DNA of 64,000 nucleotides from Okamejei kenojei (lineage: Eukaryota): contig CM069160.1 in NCBI GenBank assembly GCA_035221665.1, positions 3,844,001-3,908,000 on the forward strand. The letters run 5' to 3'. Shown here in pieces: positions 51,211 through 64,000 of the stretch. Numbering within the stretch: the first letter of the stretch is position 1; every line of letters starts with the position of its first letter. The notes beneath the pieces were generated by a model that saw nothing but the letters and a program-made list of their open reading frames with translations, did no database searches and had not been told where the DNA came from. A program made the position numbers and the translations under genes.

Positions 51211-52769
51211 TACATAGTTCCCTGTAGTATGTCTGAAGAACGGTCCCAACCTGAAACATCACCGATCCGTATTCTCCAAAGATGCTGATAACAAAGAATT
51301 ATGGAATTTGATTTTTTCCAAAGATCGGCACAAACTGCTGGAGTAACACAGGGAGCCTGGGCAGCATCCATAGAGAATGTGGATAGGAAATGTTTTTAGT
51401 CAGAACCCTTCTTCGGACTGATTGTAGGGGTTGGGAAAGAAAGCAGGAAAAGAGGAGGGACAGGACACAGCATGTGTTCATCTATTACCGCCCATCGGGT
51501 TCCGACACAAAACGTCACCTATTCATATTCTACTGGGATGCTGCTTAACCCACTGAGTTACTCCAGCACTTTGTGTCTCTGTCCCAGAGAGTTACTCTGA
51601 TTACTCCAACATTTTCTGTGTTGACAATAGGATGTGTGCATACACAAAGATCATACAAAGACCAATGTTATAAACGGCCAGGTTACATGTTACAAGCCAT
51701 TTCTGTGCAGCTGTAACACAATATTCTGCACTATGCTCAATTTTCTCTTCACAGTATCTATTGAACATGTTGGGCTTCATATATCTTTACTGGATACAGT
51801 TTTTCTATGTATATATTAAGATGCAGATCATTATCTTATACACTTCTGTAAGATGACCGCACATCCTCCTGCGCTCCAAGGAATAAAATCCTAGGCTGCC
51901 CATCCTCTCCCTATAGATTAGGTCCTCGAGCCCTTGGATCATCCTATAATGGTAAATAAACCTTTTTTTCAGCTGTGTGTTCAAAGTGAATTCTGTGTGA
52001 ATGTTTTTAGTTGAATTGCCAGTTCAGTCTTTTAGTTAAAATTAGATTTTATTAGTTATGATATGTTCAGTTTTTAGTTAAGGTCTGCAGCTATTTTAAT
52101 GCTTTGCTTTGCTCCAATACCAAATAACCATTTTGCTTGAATGAAAATTTTAAACGCTGATACTGGACTCAGGAAATCATTATGAATTCAGTGATGGGAC
52201 ACTGGGATTTATCATCTTGTGTTGGAAGTGAAAGGCGGTGCCTCTGACAAGGCAGGAGCACTCTTTGGACTTTAGACGTTAGAGATACAGAGTGAAAACT
52301 GGCCATTTGGCCCACCGAGTCCTTGCCGACCAGTGATCACCCCGTACACTGGCACTACCCTACCCACTAGGGACAATTTACAATAAAGCCAATTAACCTA
52401 CAAACCTGCACCTCTTTGGAATGTGCGAGGAAACCGGAGCACCCAGAGAAAACCCACGTGGTCACAGACAGAACGTGCAAACACCGCACAGACTGCACCC
52501 GTAGGATCGAACTGGGGTCTCTTGTGCTGTGAGGCAGCAACTCTACCGCTGCGTCACTGTGCCACCACTCCCTTCATGCTGGAGCTTTGGCATAAGTTGA
52601 ATGCTCTGATCTCCAGAGGAACATTCGTACTGGGAGCAAATAGGACATGTACACCACAGGTTCCACCTAATCAACAATGAAACAACGCAGGAAGACACTA
52701 CATTTAGATGTTTATGTTTTACTCCACAGATTTTGACGGACGTTTGCTGAGAAGGCTGGACCTTGGAGA

Positions 52770-53183
52770 ATGGCCTCCCTACCACCCCTTGGTAGACTCT
52801 TCAGCGAGGTGACCTGCTCCATCTGCCTGGATTTCTTCCAGGAGCCAGTGGCCCTGGAGTGCGACCACAACTTCTGCCGGCTGTGCATCTCACGGAGCTG
52901 GGAGAAGGGCGACGCCTTCTACTCCTGCCCCGAGTGCAGGGAGGTGTTCAAGGAGAAGAGGTTGAAGCCCAACCGCATGCTGGCCAACATTGTGGAGGGC
53001 GTGAGGGAGCTGAAGCTGGAGCCCCGCCAGGGACAGTCGGCCTTCTACTGCCAGCGGCACGAGGAGAGGCACAAGCTCTTCTGTCTGGAGTGCCAGGGTG
53101 TCATCTGCGTGGTTTGCTCTTGCTCCAGTGAGCACCAAGGCCACGTCATCATCCCCATCGAGGAGGCTTACATCCTATACAAA
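52770..53183 (+). CDS. TRIM E3 ubiquitin ligase (TRIM39/TRIM27/A33-like), RING plus B-box2 exon
   Basis: C3HC4 RING CSIC...CDHNFCRLC...CPEC and B-box2 CQRH...C..C....CVVC.....H..H. Upstream acceptor ccacAG at 52728-29; phase-0 donor AAA|GTAAGT at 53184. Confidence 0.95.
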
Positions 53184-54504
53184 GTAAGTGTCTTCAAAGC
53201 GTCAAACAGCATGGAGACAGGCCCTTTGGTCCTACATCTGAAGAAGGGTCTCAATCCGAAACGTCGCCCATTCCTTCTCTCCAGAGATGCTGCCTGTCCC
53301 GCTGAGTTACTCCAGTTGTTTATGTTTCCCCTTTGTCCAATGTATCCATGCCAACCTATATAACCCATCTAAGCTCGTCTCATTTGCCCGTGTTTTGTAT
53401 CTCTCAAAACCTGTCCAACCATCTTTTAAATTGAGTTTTAGGTTTAGGTTTATTATTGTCACATGTACCCAGGTACAGTGAAAAATATTGTTTTACATGC
53501 TGTCCAATCAAAATCAGATCAACGTTAGATATTAGAGATATAGCACGGAAACAGTGCTATATTTCACCCACCAAGTCTGTACCATCCAGCAATCACCCCT
53601 CACACTAACACTATCCTACATACCAAGGATAATTTTATAAGTTACCAAAGCCAATTAACCTACTAACCTGTATGTCTTTGGCGTGTGGGAGGAAACTCAC
53701 GCAGTCACAGGGAGAATGTACAGATTGTGTAGAGACAGCATCTGCAGTCATGATGGAACCTGGATCTCTGGGGCTGTAAGGCAGCAACCCTATCTCTACG
53801 CCACTGTGCTGCCCGCATAATACTCCACATAAATACACTCGTCAAACTCGGGTATAATATGTGGAGTGAAGGGAACGATACAGAGGGCAGAGTATAGTTT
53901 TCCACATTGTAGCGCAACAGTTTCAGAGACAAAGTCCAAGGTCTACAATGAGGTGGAGCAAAATCAAACTGTGCCCTGCCTCATGGAAGGGCCATTGAGA
54001 AGCCTGATACCACATGGGAATAAACTTTGCTGAGTCGGGTAGTGCGTACTTTCAAGCTTCTGTATCTTCAACCCAACGAGGATAATAAGGAAAGAGGGGG
54101 GTGCAACATTCTTTGATTATGTTGACTGCTTTCCCGAGGCAGCATGATGTGTGGATGGAGTCACTAGTGGGGAGCTTAGTCTTCATTTCTTTAGCAAGAG
54201 GGTGATGAATCTGTGGAATTTATTGCCACAGACAGCTGTGGATGCCATCATTGGGTATTTTTAAAGCAGAGATTGATAGATTCATGATTGGTAAGTGTGT
54301 CCAAGGTCACAGGCATGAGAATGAGGTTGAGAGGAAAAAATAGATCAGCCATGATTGAATGGCAGAGTAGACTTGATGGGCTCAATAACCTAATTCTGCT
54401 CCCATGTCTTATGGTCTGTGTGATGGAGCGGGCTACTTTTTACAATTACTTGCAGTCATGGGCAGAGCTCTTCCCAAACCAAGCCGTGATGCATCCCAAC
54501 AGTA

Positions 54505-55425
54505 GGATTTATTTAGGGAACGGGAGTTCCCCTCTTCTATTATAGATGAGGCTCTCACTAGGGTCTCCTCGATATCCCACAGCTCTGCTCTTGCTCCCCC
54601 CCCCCCATTCGTAACAAGGACAGAGTCCCCCTTGTCGTCGCCTTCCACCCCACCAGCCGTCGCACTCAGCATATAATCCTCCGACATTTTCGACACCTCC
54701 AACAGGATCCCACCACTGGCCACATCTTCCCATCTCAACCCCATTATGCTTTCCACAGAGACCGTTCCCTCCGCAACTCTCTACTCAACTTGTCTACTCC
54801 CACCCAAACAACCCCCTTCCCAAGTACTTTTCCCTGCAACCGCAGGAGATGCAACACCTGTCCCTTTACCTCCCCCCTCGACTCCGTCCAAGGACCCTGA
54901 CAGTATTTCCAGGTGAGGCAGAGGTTCACTTGCACCTCCTCCAATCACATACTGTATCCGCTGTTCCAGGTGTCAACTCCTGTATATTGGCGAGACCAAG
55001 CGCAGGCTCGGCGATCGTTTCGCTGAACACCTCTGCTCAGTCTGCCTAAACCTACCTAATCTACTGGTTGCTGAGCACTTTAACTTCCCCTCCCATTCCC
55101 AATCTAACCTTTCTGCCCTGGGCCTCCTCCATTGTCAGAGTGAGGCCCAGCGCAAATTGGAGAAACAGCACCTCGTATTTCGCTTGGGTAGTTTACACCC
55201 CAGTGGTATGAACATTGACTTCACTAACTTCAAGTAGCCCTTGCTTTCCCTCTCTCCCCATCCCCACCACCTTCCCAGTTCTTACTGTCTCTGTTTTATC
55301 TCTGTACCGCCCACTCCGCTAACATCAGTCTGAAGAAGAGTCTCGACCCGAACATCACCAATTCCTTCTCTCCAGAGATGCTGCTTGTCCCGGCGAGTTA
55401 CTCCAGCATTTTGTGTCTACCTTCA
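54505..55425 (+). mobile_element. Penelope-like element 3' fragment (RT thumb, GIY-YIG endonuclease, 3' terminal region)
   Basis: NKDRVPLV, PCNRRRCNTCP and LYIGETKRRLGDRFAEH...HLVFRLGSLHPSGMNIDF, followed by a hammerhead-like motif at about 55330. Confidence 0.85.
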
Positions 55426-56182
55426 GTATGATTTTTATGTCCCTGCCTCAACTCCCTCCTCTGATAGCTTGTCCGCATACACACCACTCCGTGAGTGATT
55501 CGGGTTCCTATTACATTTTTCCCCTCTCACCTTAAACCTATGTCTTCTGGTTCTTGATTCCTCTAATCTGGATAAAATACTCCATGCATCCAACTATCTA
55601 TTCCATGTTGTGTGTGGTCGTGCAGGGAGTAGTGACGGGATGATTGTGGTTCATTGGTGTTGGGGGTGGGGAGGTATTATGGACATTCATGCAGCACAGA
55701 AACAGCCCCTTTGACCAAAATCATCCATTGCTGTCCAAGATGTCCCATCCAAGCTAGTCCAATTTGCCTGTGTTGGGTCCATGTCCAGCTGAACCTTTCC
55801 TGTCCATGTACCTGCCCAGGTGTCCTTTAAATGTTGTTATTGTACCTGCCGTGACTACCTCCTCTGGCAATGTATTCCATGCACCCACCACCCCCTGAGT
55901 GAACAAAATGTTGCCCTTCATGTTCTTATTCATTCTTTTCCCTCTTCATCTTAAACTTGTGATCTCTGGTTCTGGATTCCTCTATCATGGGTAAAAGACT
56001 CTGTGATTTCTTCCTTTCAATTTCTCATGAATTTAACCACCTTTGTAAGATCACTCATAACCTTAGCTTCCTGCGCTCTGCAAAATAAAGTGCCTGCTTG
56101 CCCAATATTTCCCTACAGCTCAGGCCCTCGCATCCTGGCAACCTCATCGTAAATATTCTCTGCCCTCTTTCCAGATTATTAG

Positions 56183-56920
56183 TCATGGCTGATCATCCAC
56201 GATCAGTACCCCGTTCCTGCCTTCTCCCCATAATCCCATGACTCCGCTATCTTTAAGAGCTCTATCTAACTCTCTCTTGAAAGCATCCAGAGAATCGGCC
56301 TCCACTGCATCTGAGGCAGAGAATTCCACCGATTCACAACTCTCTGGATGAAAAGATTTTTCCTCATCTCCATTCTAAATGGCCCATCCCTTATTCTTAA
56401 ACTGTGGCCCCTGGTTCTGCACTCCTCCAACATCAGGAACATGTTTCCAGACTCTAGCATGTCCAAACCCTTAAAAATCTTATACTGTACGTTTCAATAA
56501 GATCCCCTCTCATCTTTCTAAATTCCAGTGTATACAAGCCCAGTAGCTCCATTCTTTCAACATATGACAGTCCAGCCATCCCGGGAATTAACCTCATGAA
56601 CCTACACTCTACTCCCTCAATAGCAAGAATGTCCTTCCTCAAATTTGGAGACCAATACTGCACACAATACTCCAGGTGTGGTCTCACCAGGAGAATTGTG
56701 ATTTTGTGGAATGCTCTGCCACAATAGGCAGTGGAGGTCAATTCACTGATTGTTTTCAAGAGAGAGTTCGATTTAGCTCTTCGGGCTAAAAGAATTGAGG
56801 ATTATGGGGGAAAAAGCAGTAACGGGGTACTGATTTTAGATGATCAGCGATGATCATCTTGAATTGCGGTGCTGGCTCGAAGGGCCGAATGGCCGACTCC
56901 TGCACATATTTGTCTATGTT
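56183..56920. mobile_element. Two CR1 3' fragments joined head-to-head
   Basis: Minus copy 56183-56690 abuts plus copy 56691-56920. Confidence 0.75.
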
Positions 56921-56959
56921 ATTCCAGCATTTTGTATCTATCTTCTAATACCAAGACCA

Positions 56960-58420
56960 AGCTGGTCTTGCCCCAATTCAGATCTTTAACTTGAAGACCA
57001 GCCCTTCTCTTATCCATAACTATAAAGCTCATTTAATTGTGGTCAATGTCCCAAAAGGCTCACCCTCCGACACTTGTCACTTGCCCATCCGAATTTCCTA
57101 AGAGTAGGTCAAGCTTTGCCCTCTGCATTGTAGGAGCCTCTACATATTGGCTGGAGAGACTTTCCTGAACACATTTGACAAGTTCCATCCCGTCTAAGCC
57201 CTTGATGCTGTGGCATTCCTCGTTCATATTGGGAAGGTTAATATCCCCTACTCTGACAACCTTATTATTCTAACAACTGCCTGTAATTGACTGGCATATT
57301 AGCCCTTAATCATGTTGGCTATTTGGCAGCCTGCAGTACACTCTCAACAAGGTGATCATCCCCTTTTTATTTCTCAGCTCCACCCATATAGCCTCACTGG
57401 ACGAATCATCATTAACTTCACCCCAAATAATTGCCATGAAGTTCTCCTTAATCAGTAAAGCAACTGCCCCTTCTCTTTTACCCACACCTCTATCTCGCCT
57501 TCAGCATCTGTACCCTGAAACGTTAATGTGTTGGAAGGAATTGAGACACAAAAGTTGGAGTAACTCAGCGGGTCAGACAGCATCCCTTGAGAAAAGGAAT
57601 AGGTGACGTTTCGTGTTGAGGCCCTTCTTCAGACCTGCTGAGATGCTGGTTTACACCAACGATAGACACAACATGCTGGAATAACTCAGGGTCAGGTAGC
57701 ATCCCTGGAGAAATTGAATCATAATTGAATAAATTAATTCAGGTCTGAAGAAGGGTCTCTGCCAGAAAGGTCATGTATTCAATTTCTCCAGAGATGCTGC
57801 CTGACCGGCTGAGTTACTCCAGCATTGTGTGTTTGTCCCTGAAACATTACGCTGCCAGTCCTATCCCTCCCTTAACCAGGCTTCCATAACGGCTATAATA
57901 TTCCGGTCACACATACCTACCTATCCATGACCTGCTTTCATCCGCCTAACCCATCAGACTTTTGCATTGAAATAGATGCTAATGAATCCAACAGTACTTG
58001 CTCACTCCCAGCTTTGCTCCTGCACACAGACCTTGCTTTCATCAACCTCCAGCCTCTGACCTGCATCACTCCTGCTTTGGATCACATCCCCCTGCCAATC
58101 TAGTTAAAAACCAACCCGAGTAGCAGTAGTAAACAGACTTGCCAGGATATTGGTTCCCCTCCAGTTCAGCTGCAACCCATCCCTCTTCCACAGGTCACCT
58201 CTGCCCTAGAACAGATCCCAATGGTCCAAAAATCTGAATCCCTGCCCCCTGCACTAACTCCTCAGCTGCTCATTCACGTCCTATCTTCCTGTTCTTGCCC
58301 TCACTAGCACGTGGCACTGGGAGCAGACCAGAGATTATTATCCTGGATGTCCTGCACTTCAGCCTTTTGCCTAACTCCCTGTATTCACTCCGCAGGACCT
58401 CATCCCTTTTCCTACCTAGG
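56960..58420 (-). mobile_element. Old CR1 fragment with ORF1 SGNH-esterase remnant and start of ORF2 endonuclease
   Basis: DEVLRSEYRELGKRLKCRTSRIIISGLLPVPRA...FLDHWDLF...DGL.LNWRGTNILA; interrupted by short repeats. Confidence 0.7.
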
Positions 58421-59494
58421 AGGGAGATAAACAGGCGGCAATGGGAGAGGCTGGTGGAAGGAAGAGGTGAGGTTGTGATGATGCAAGGAAACTTCAAAAG
58501 GGATATTGATTGTGTGAGCAAGTACGTTGAAAAAATATAGTACAGGTACTGGCCCTTCAGCCCACAAAGACTGTGCCGAACATTATGGCAAGTTAAACTA
58601 CTCTCCTCTGCCTGAACCTGATCCATATCCCTCCATTCCCTGCATGTGCTTATCTAAATGCCACTTAGCCACTATCATATCAGTCTCCACCGTTACCCCT
58701 GTCAGATATCCACCACCTCTCTGTATAAACAAAAACACTTACTCCACATATTTCCTTTAATATTTCTGCCTCTGACCTTGAAGCTCTGCCCTCTCGTCTT
58801 GGACATTTCCAGCCTTTGGAAAAGGTTTTGAATGTCTGCCCTATTTATGACTCTTATAATTTTATATACTTCTATCAGATCTCCCCCCTCCACCTCCAAC
58901 ATCTGGAAAATGCTGTCTGAGTTTGTAACATGGCTGATGGGATACAATGTGGTGGGAAATAATATTGGCAAATAACTTGATAAAGTGCTGATTAAAGATT
59001 GATCTTCAAAGTTACTGTTTTCCTGGGTCACAGAAAGTTAACCGGCAATAACATTTAGTGATTTGTCTGAAGAATGATGAGATTAAATTATACTTTATTG
59101 TCACAGGCACCTGGGCACAGTGAATTGCTTTGTTGTGCATACAACCCGGTAAAATCATACAGCAGACCTCACCAAGGCAGTACACCACGTTACTGGCACC
59201 GACAACGTTACAAAAGGTCACCGAACAGTCCTATCCTCTGCTTGCCGCTGCACCTGGCACCAGGTGGCCCCTCCCCCCGCCAGGTCCCAAACAGAACGTC
59301 GATGGTCCAATTCCCTCCACAGATGCTGCTCAGTTTCCCAGCGCAGACAGGCCCGCCCTGCCCAGTTTTCCAGCACAGACAGACCCGTCCCCCAGTGTTA
59401 GAGTAATACAAATGGACCTTCCAGTACAGTACTCCTGAGTTTGGGGTTGTGTGTGTACCTGGTTCTGGACTTGGCTGAGAAGATTAGTGTGGTT

Positions 59495-60205
59495 ATAAGG
59501 TCATAAGTGATATGAGCAGGATTTGACCGCTTGGCCCATCAAGTCAATTCTGCCATTCAATCATGGCTGATCTATCTGTCCCTCCTAATCCTATTTTCCT
59601 GTGTTCTCCCCATAACCTCTGACACTTGTACTAATCAAGAATCTATCTAACTCTGCCTTAAAATATCCATTTGGAGACTTGGCCTCCACAGCCTGCTGTG
59701 GCAAAGAATTCCACAAATTCACCACCCTCTGACTAAAGAAATTCCTCCTCAACTTCTTCCCAAACGAACGTCCTTTAATACTGAGGCTGTGACCTCTAGT
59801 CCTGGACTCTCCCACTAGTGGAAACATCCTCTGCACATCCACTCCATCCAAGCCTTTCACTATTCGGTAAGTTCCAATGAGGTCTCCCCCTCATCCTTCT
59901 AAACTCCAGCGGGTACAGGCCCAGTGCCATCAAACGCACATCATATGTTAAGAAGGGTCTCGACTGGAAACGTCGCCTAATCCTTCTCTCCATAGATGCT
60001 GCCTCACCCGCTGAGTTTCTCCAGCATTTTTTGCCTACCTTCGATTTTTCTAGCATCTGTAATTCTTTCTTAAACATCATATGTTAACCCACTCATTCCC
60101 GGGATCATTCTTGTGAACCTCCTCTGGACCCTGTCCTGTGCCAGCACATCCTTCCTCGGATCTGGGGCCCAAAATTGCTCGCAATACTCCAAATGTGGCC
60201 TGACC
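59495..60205 (-). mobile_element. CR1 3' fragment interrupted by a short hammerhead-bearing repeat
   Basis: CR1 RT C-terminus; insert at about 59950-60075 bounded by duplicated ACATCATATGTTAA. Confidence 0.8.
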
Positions 60206-60949
60206 ATTGCCTGGTCCTGATGTATTACCTGGGGCTCACTGTGTGGTTCAGGCTCAGGGGCTGCAGTGGACCAAGAGAGTGTCTAGACGTGGCATCGGTG
60301 GGGTAGAGAGAGTTGATGGGCGGAGGGGGTGGGGAGATGGGGTGTGGGGAGGGGGGGGGGGGCTGTGCAACGTCATTAGTTTTAGTCTTGGTCTTATTCA
60401 TTATTACCACGATTATTTCCCATTGTATCTTTATACTTACTTATTGTTGCAAACACATGGTTGATTTGTGTGAGATAAGTTTAGATAAGCCCTGCAAGGC
60501 TATAGTTACCCCTTCTTGTATATCAAACGTGTTTCCTATATCCAGAGAAATGTCAATTTATGAACCCATCAGAAATATTGAAGGCTGTCTGTAAAATATG
60601 GAGGCCGTTAGAAATGTAGCAGCGGTCGAGTTGCTGCCTTGTAGCGCCAGAGACCCGGGTTCCATCCTGACTATGCGTGTTCTCTGTACGGAGTTTGTAC
60701 GTTTTCCCCGTGACCTGCGTGGGTTTTCTCCGGGATCTCTGGTTTCCTCCCACACTCCAAAGACGCACAGGTTTATAGGCTAATTGGCTTGGTAAAAATA
60801 TATAAATTGTCCCTAGTGTGTGTGGGATAGTGGTAGTGTGTGTGGGATAGTGTTAATGTGCAGGGATCACTGGTTGGTGCAGACTGTGGGCAGGAGGGCC
60901 TGTTTGTTTTCGAGCTGTATTTCTAAACTAAACTAAAGATATCCAATGT

Positions 60950-61565
60950 AGAGAAACTCAGCGGGTGCGGCAGCATCTATGGAGCGAGGAAATAGGCAAC
61001 GTTTCGGGCCAAAACCCTTCTTCAGACTGATGTAGGGTGGGGGCGTGAAGAAGAAAGGAAGAGGAGGATCCAGAGGGCTGAGGGAGAGCTGAGAAGGGGA
61101 GGAGACAATAAGGGCTACCGGAAATTGGAGAAGTCATTGTTCATGCTGCTGGGGTATAAACTGCCCAAGCAAAATATGATGAGCTGCTCCTCCAATTTCC
61201 GGTGGTGCTCACTCAGGCCATGGAGGAGGCCCAGGACAGAAAGGTCGGATTCGGATTGGGAGGGGGAGTTGAAGTGCTGAGCCACCGGGAGATCAGTTAA
61301 GAAATGCTACCCTTGTCGCTTTACCTCCCCCCTCGACTCCATTCAAGGACCCAAGCAGTCGTTCCAGGTGCGACAGAGGTTCACCTGCACCTCCTCCAAC
61401 CTCATCTATTGCATCCGCTGCTCTAGATGTCAGCTGATCTACATCGGTGAGACCAAGCGTACCCTTGGTGATCGTTTTGCCGAACACTTCCGCTCGGGTC
61501 TGCAATAACCAACCTGATCTCCCGGTGGCTCAGCACCTCAACTGCCCCTCCAATACCAAATCCAA
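60950..61565. mobile_element. Penelope-like element with partly inverted structure
   Basis: Minus-strand 3' terminus (60950-61298) joined to a plus-strand GIY-YIG segment (LIYCIRCSRCQLIYIGETKR); both share TGATCTCCCGGTGGCTCAGCAC. Confidence 0.8.
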
Positions 61566-62849
61566 CACACACTAGGGGCAATTTTCACATTTTACCAAGC
61601 CAATTTACCAAGAATTCAATTACCTTACTGCCACTGTGTCATCCTTGTCTCAGAGGGCGGTGAATCTCTGGAATTATGTGCCCCTGAGGATGGTGGCTGC
61701 TGGATCATCAGACATCTTTAAGTTGGAGATGTTAAAAAATATTGGAAATTTCAGGATAAAGATGCTGACTATTTACCCTGTTTGTGTCCCTCAGAATTTC
61801 ATAAACTTTGTTTAAATAAAAATGTCAATCGCCTTCCCAATCTCTCCTTATAACTCAAACCCCTCCCTGTCCAGAAAACATTAATGTGTTTTTTTTTCAG
61901 CTCTGAGAAATATTGGAGGGGTAACGACAATGTTGATAAATAAGAATAGTCGAGGCTGGCAGAGCCACTCATGATCCCATTGAATGGTGGGCAGTGTGAG
62001 GGGCTGAGTGGCCTGCTCCTGCTGCTGCTATTGTCTCCTGTCTTTCCATATCTGGAGCAAAAATGCCTGAGAGTCACATCCAGAAGAAAGACTGAGAAGC
62101 ACTCACTGCACACACGCTATGCTTACAGTTTTCAGCCTGAAGAAGGGTCCAGAGCTGAAACTCGCCTGTCCGTTCCCTCCACTGATGCTGCCTGAGCCAC
62201 TGAGTTACTTCAGCACTTCATGTTTTGCTGAGCTTGCAGTTTGTCTGGTTGACGTTGAATCACCAAATCATTGAAAGATACAGCATGGATACGGACTCTT
62301 TGGCTCTCTAAGTCCACGCCAGCTGTGGACACGTTCGCACCAGATCTCTGTTATCCCACTGCCTCAGCCACTCACCCACACACTAGGAGCAACTTACACA
62401 GGTCCATTAAACGGGTACAAACCCACACGTTTTAGGGGTGTGGGAGGAAACTGCAGCACCTAGAAGAATCCAACATGGTCACAGGGAGGACGTGCAAACT
62501 CCACATGGACAGTGCATTAATCATGTATTATCTTTCAGCCGAATGGTTAGCGCACAACAAAAACTTTTCACTGTACCTCAGTCCATGTGACAATAAACTA
62601 AACTGAAACAGACGGCAGCAGAGGTCACGATCTAACCCAGGTCTCTGGGGCTGTGAGGCAGCAATGTGTTTTAAACTGTCCTATGTGTCTGAAGATTATG
62701 ATATTAAAGACTTTAATCTACCATGGAAATGCTCTGGCCTGACGTGTATTTTGTGGCATTTTCTGTGTTTGTGTTGCCTTTTGCTGACGTGCTTATTCTG
62801 CTCAGTAATCTGTCAGTGCCGCCACTAATACTGTACACCTTTTCACCAG

Positions 62850-62945
62850 GACAGGTTGGAGAAATCCACAGATTTTCTCCAGATCCAAAAGGAGCAAGCA
62901 TGTCACAGTCAGAGCCAACAAGAAGCAAAGATTTATAAAATCAAG
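62850..62945 (+). CDS. TRIM gene, 96-nt coiled-coil exon; the gene continues beyond the window
   Basis: ttttcaccAG acceptor and GTATGA donor, phase 0-0, encoding DRLEKSTDFLQIQKEQACHSQSQQEAKIYKIK. A 96-nt second coding exon is characteristic of TRIM-B30.2 genes. It is not shown in the ORF track. Confidence 0.85.
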
Positions 62946-64000
62946 GTATGATTTCTTGCACCTGGTTTAGTTTTGATGTGACATATGCACTGTTGAACTT
63001 GCAGGTAGTTCAGTTTAGAGATATAGTGGGAAAGCAGGCCCTTCGGCCCATCGAGTCCGCGCCGACCAGCGATCCCTGCTCACTGACACTGTCCTACACA
63101 CACTGGTGGCAATTTACAATTTCACTGGCCAATTAATCTACAAATTTGTACGTCTCTGGAATGTGGCAGGAAACCCGAGCTCCCAGAGAGAACACACGCA
63201 GGTCGTGGGGAGAATGCACAAACTCTGCACGGACAGCACCCATAGTCAGGATTGAACTCGTGGGTCTGTGTCGCTGTGAGGCAGCAGCTCTACCGCTGCT
63301 CCACCATGCCGGTCTTGTTGAAGTGTACCTCATTTTCACAGGGCTTGATGGTAATGATATCGTTTTGCCTGTCCTACCCCCTCCCCCCCCCCCCCCCCCC
63401 CGCCATTTCTCTACCAATCCCATGCCCCCCCCTCAAGGAACCAATTTATTTCCCTCCACTTACATTCCTTCCTCTGGTTTCACAATTTGCAACTCTTCAA
63501 TCCTTTTGTCTCATCCCATCAGTTTTTTTTTCCATCTCTGGCCCCGAAAGTGCTGGATAGAGGGTATGTGAAGAGGATGTTTCCACCTTTAGAAAGAGCA
63601 GGAGGAATTTGTTTAGTCAGACGGAGGTGAATCTATGGAAATCACATCCCATCCTACACACCAGAGACAATTGACAGTGTGTAGGATAAAACTACCACAG
63701 TGGTTCTATCAGAGATCACCCATACACTCGTTCCATCCTACACACCACAGACAATTGACAGTGTGTCGGATAGAATTGTCCCCAGTGTGTAGGACAGGCC
63801 CCACAGCGCCAGGGACCCGGGGCGTGACTCTGAGCACTCGGGCACACCAGCTCCACCACACACACAAGGGACAATTCTGTGTGTAGTATAGAACCAGTGC
63901 CCCGGAGCACCTGGAGGAAACCCACATGGCCTCAAGGAGCACCCCAGGCCTGGACCAGACCCGAGCCTGGAGCAGCGGCTCCACCAGTGATCCACAGAAC

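Noticed and set aside
53184-53363. C-terminal extension of the TRIM ORF
   Set aside because: Read-through past the GTAAGT donor into intronic repeat.

Overview
Repeat-rich eukaryotic genomic DNA, most likely from a cartilaginous fish and probably a skate or ray (inferred from HE1/V-SINE-like SINEs, CR1/HER1-like LINEs and a two-exon GPR139-like GPCR). There are two assembly gaps (11813-12068, 19625-19803). Three host genes can be reconstructed from splice sites and codon phase. (1) A five-exon nonclassical MHC class I heavy-chain gene (+): leader 1135-1190 with a 1-nt poly-T excess, alpha1 7834-8094, alpha2 8967-9242, alpha3 10442-10714, and a fused TM/cytoplasmic exon 12444-12673. It has lost most peptide-anchoring residues, has a hydrophobic groove, and takes its stop codon from a CR1 fragment. 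(2) A two-exon GPR139-like class A GPCR (-) with a single frameshift. (3) The first two coding exons of a RING-B-box-coiled-coil TRIM gene (+). The rest is mobile DNA: a full-length DIRS tyrosine-recombinase retrotransposon with ITRs and ICR, nested with a young CR1 inside an older CR1; two Tc1 transposons; an ERV-like solo LTR; a Harbinger-type MITE; Rex1- and L2/Crack-like LINE ends; Penelope (GIY-YIG) fragments; and many short repeats carrying a minimal hammerhead-ribozyme motif. All calls are by eye. No database search was run, and boundaries of degenerate repeats are approximate.
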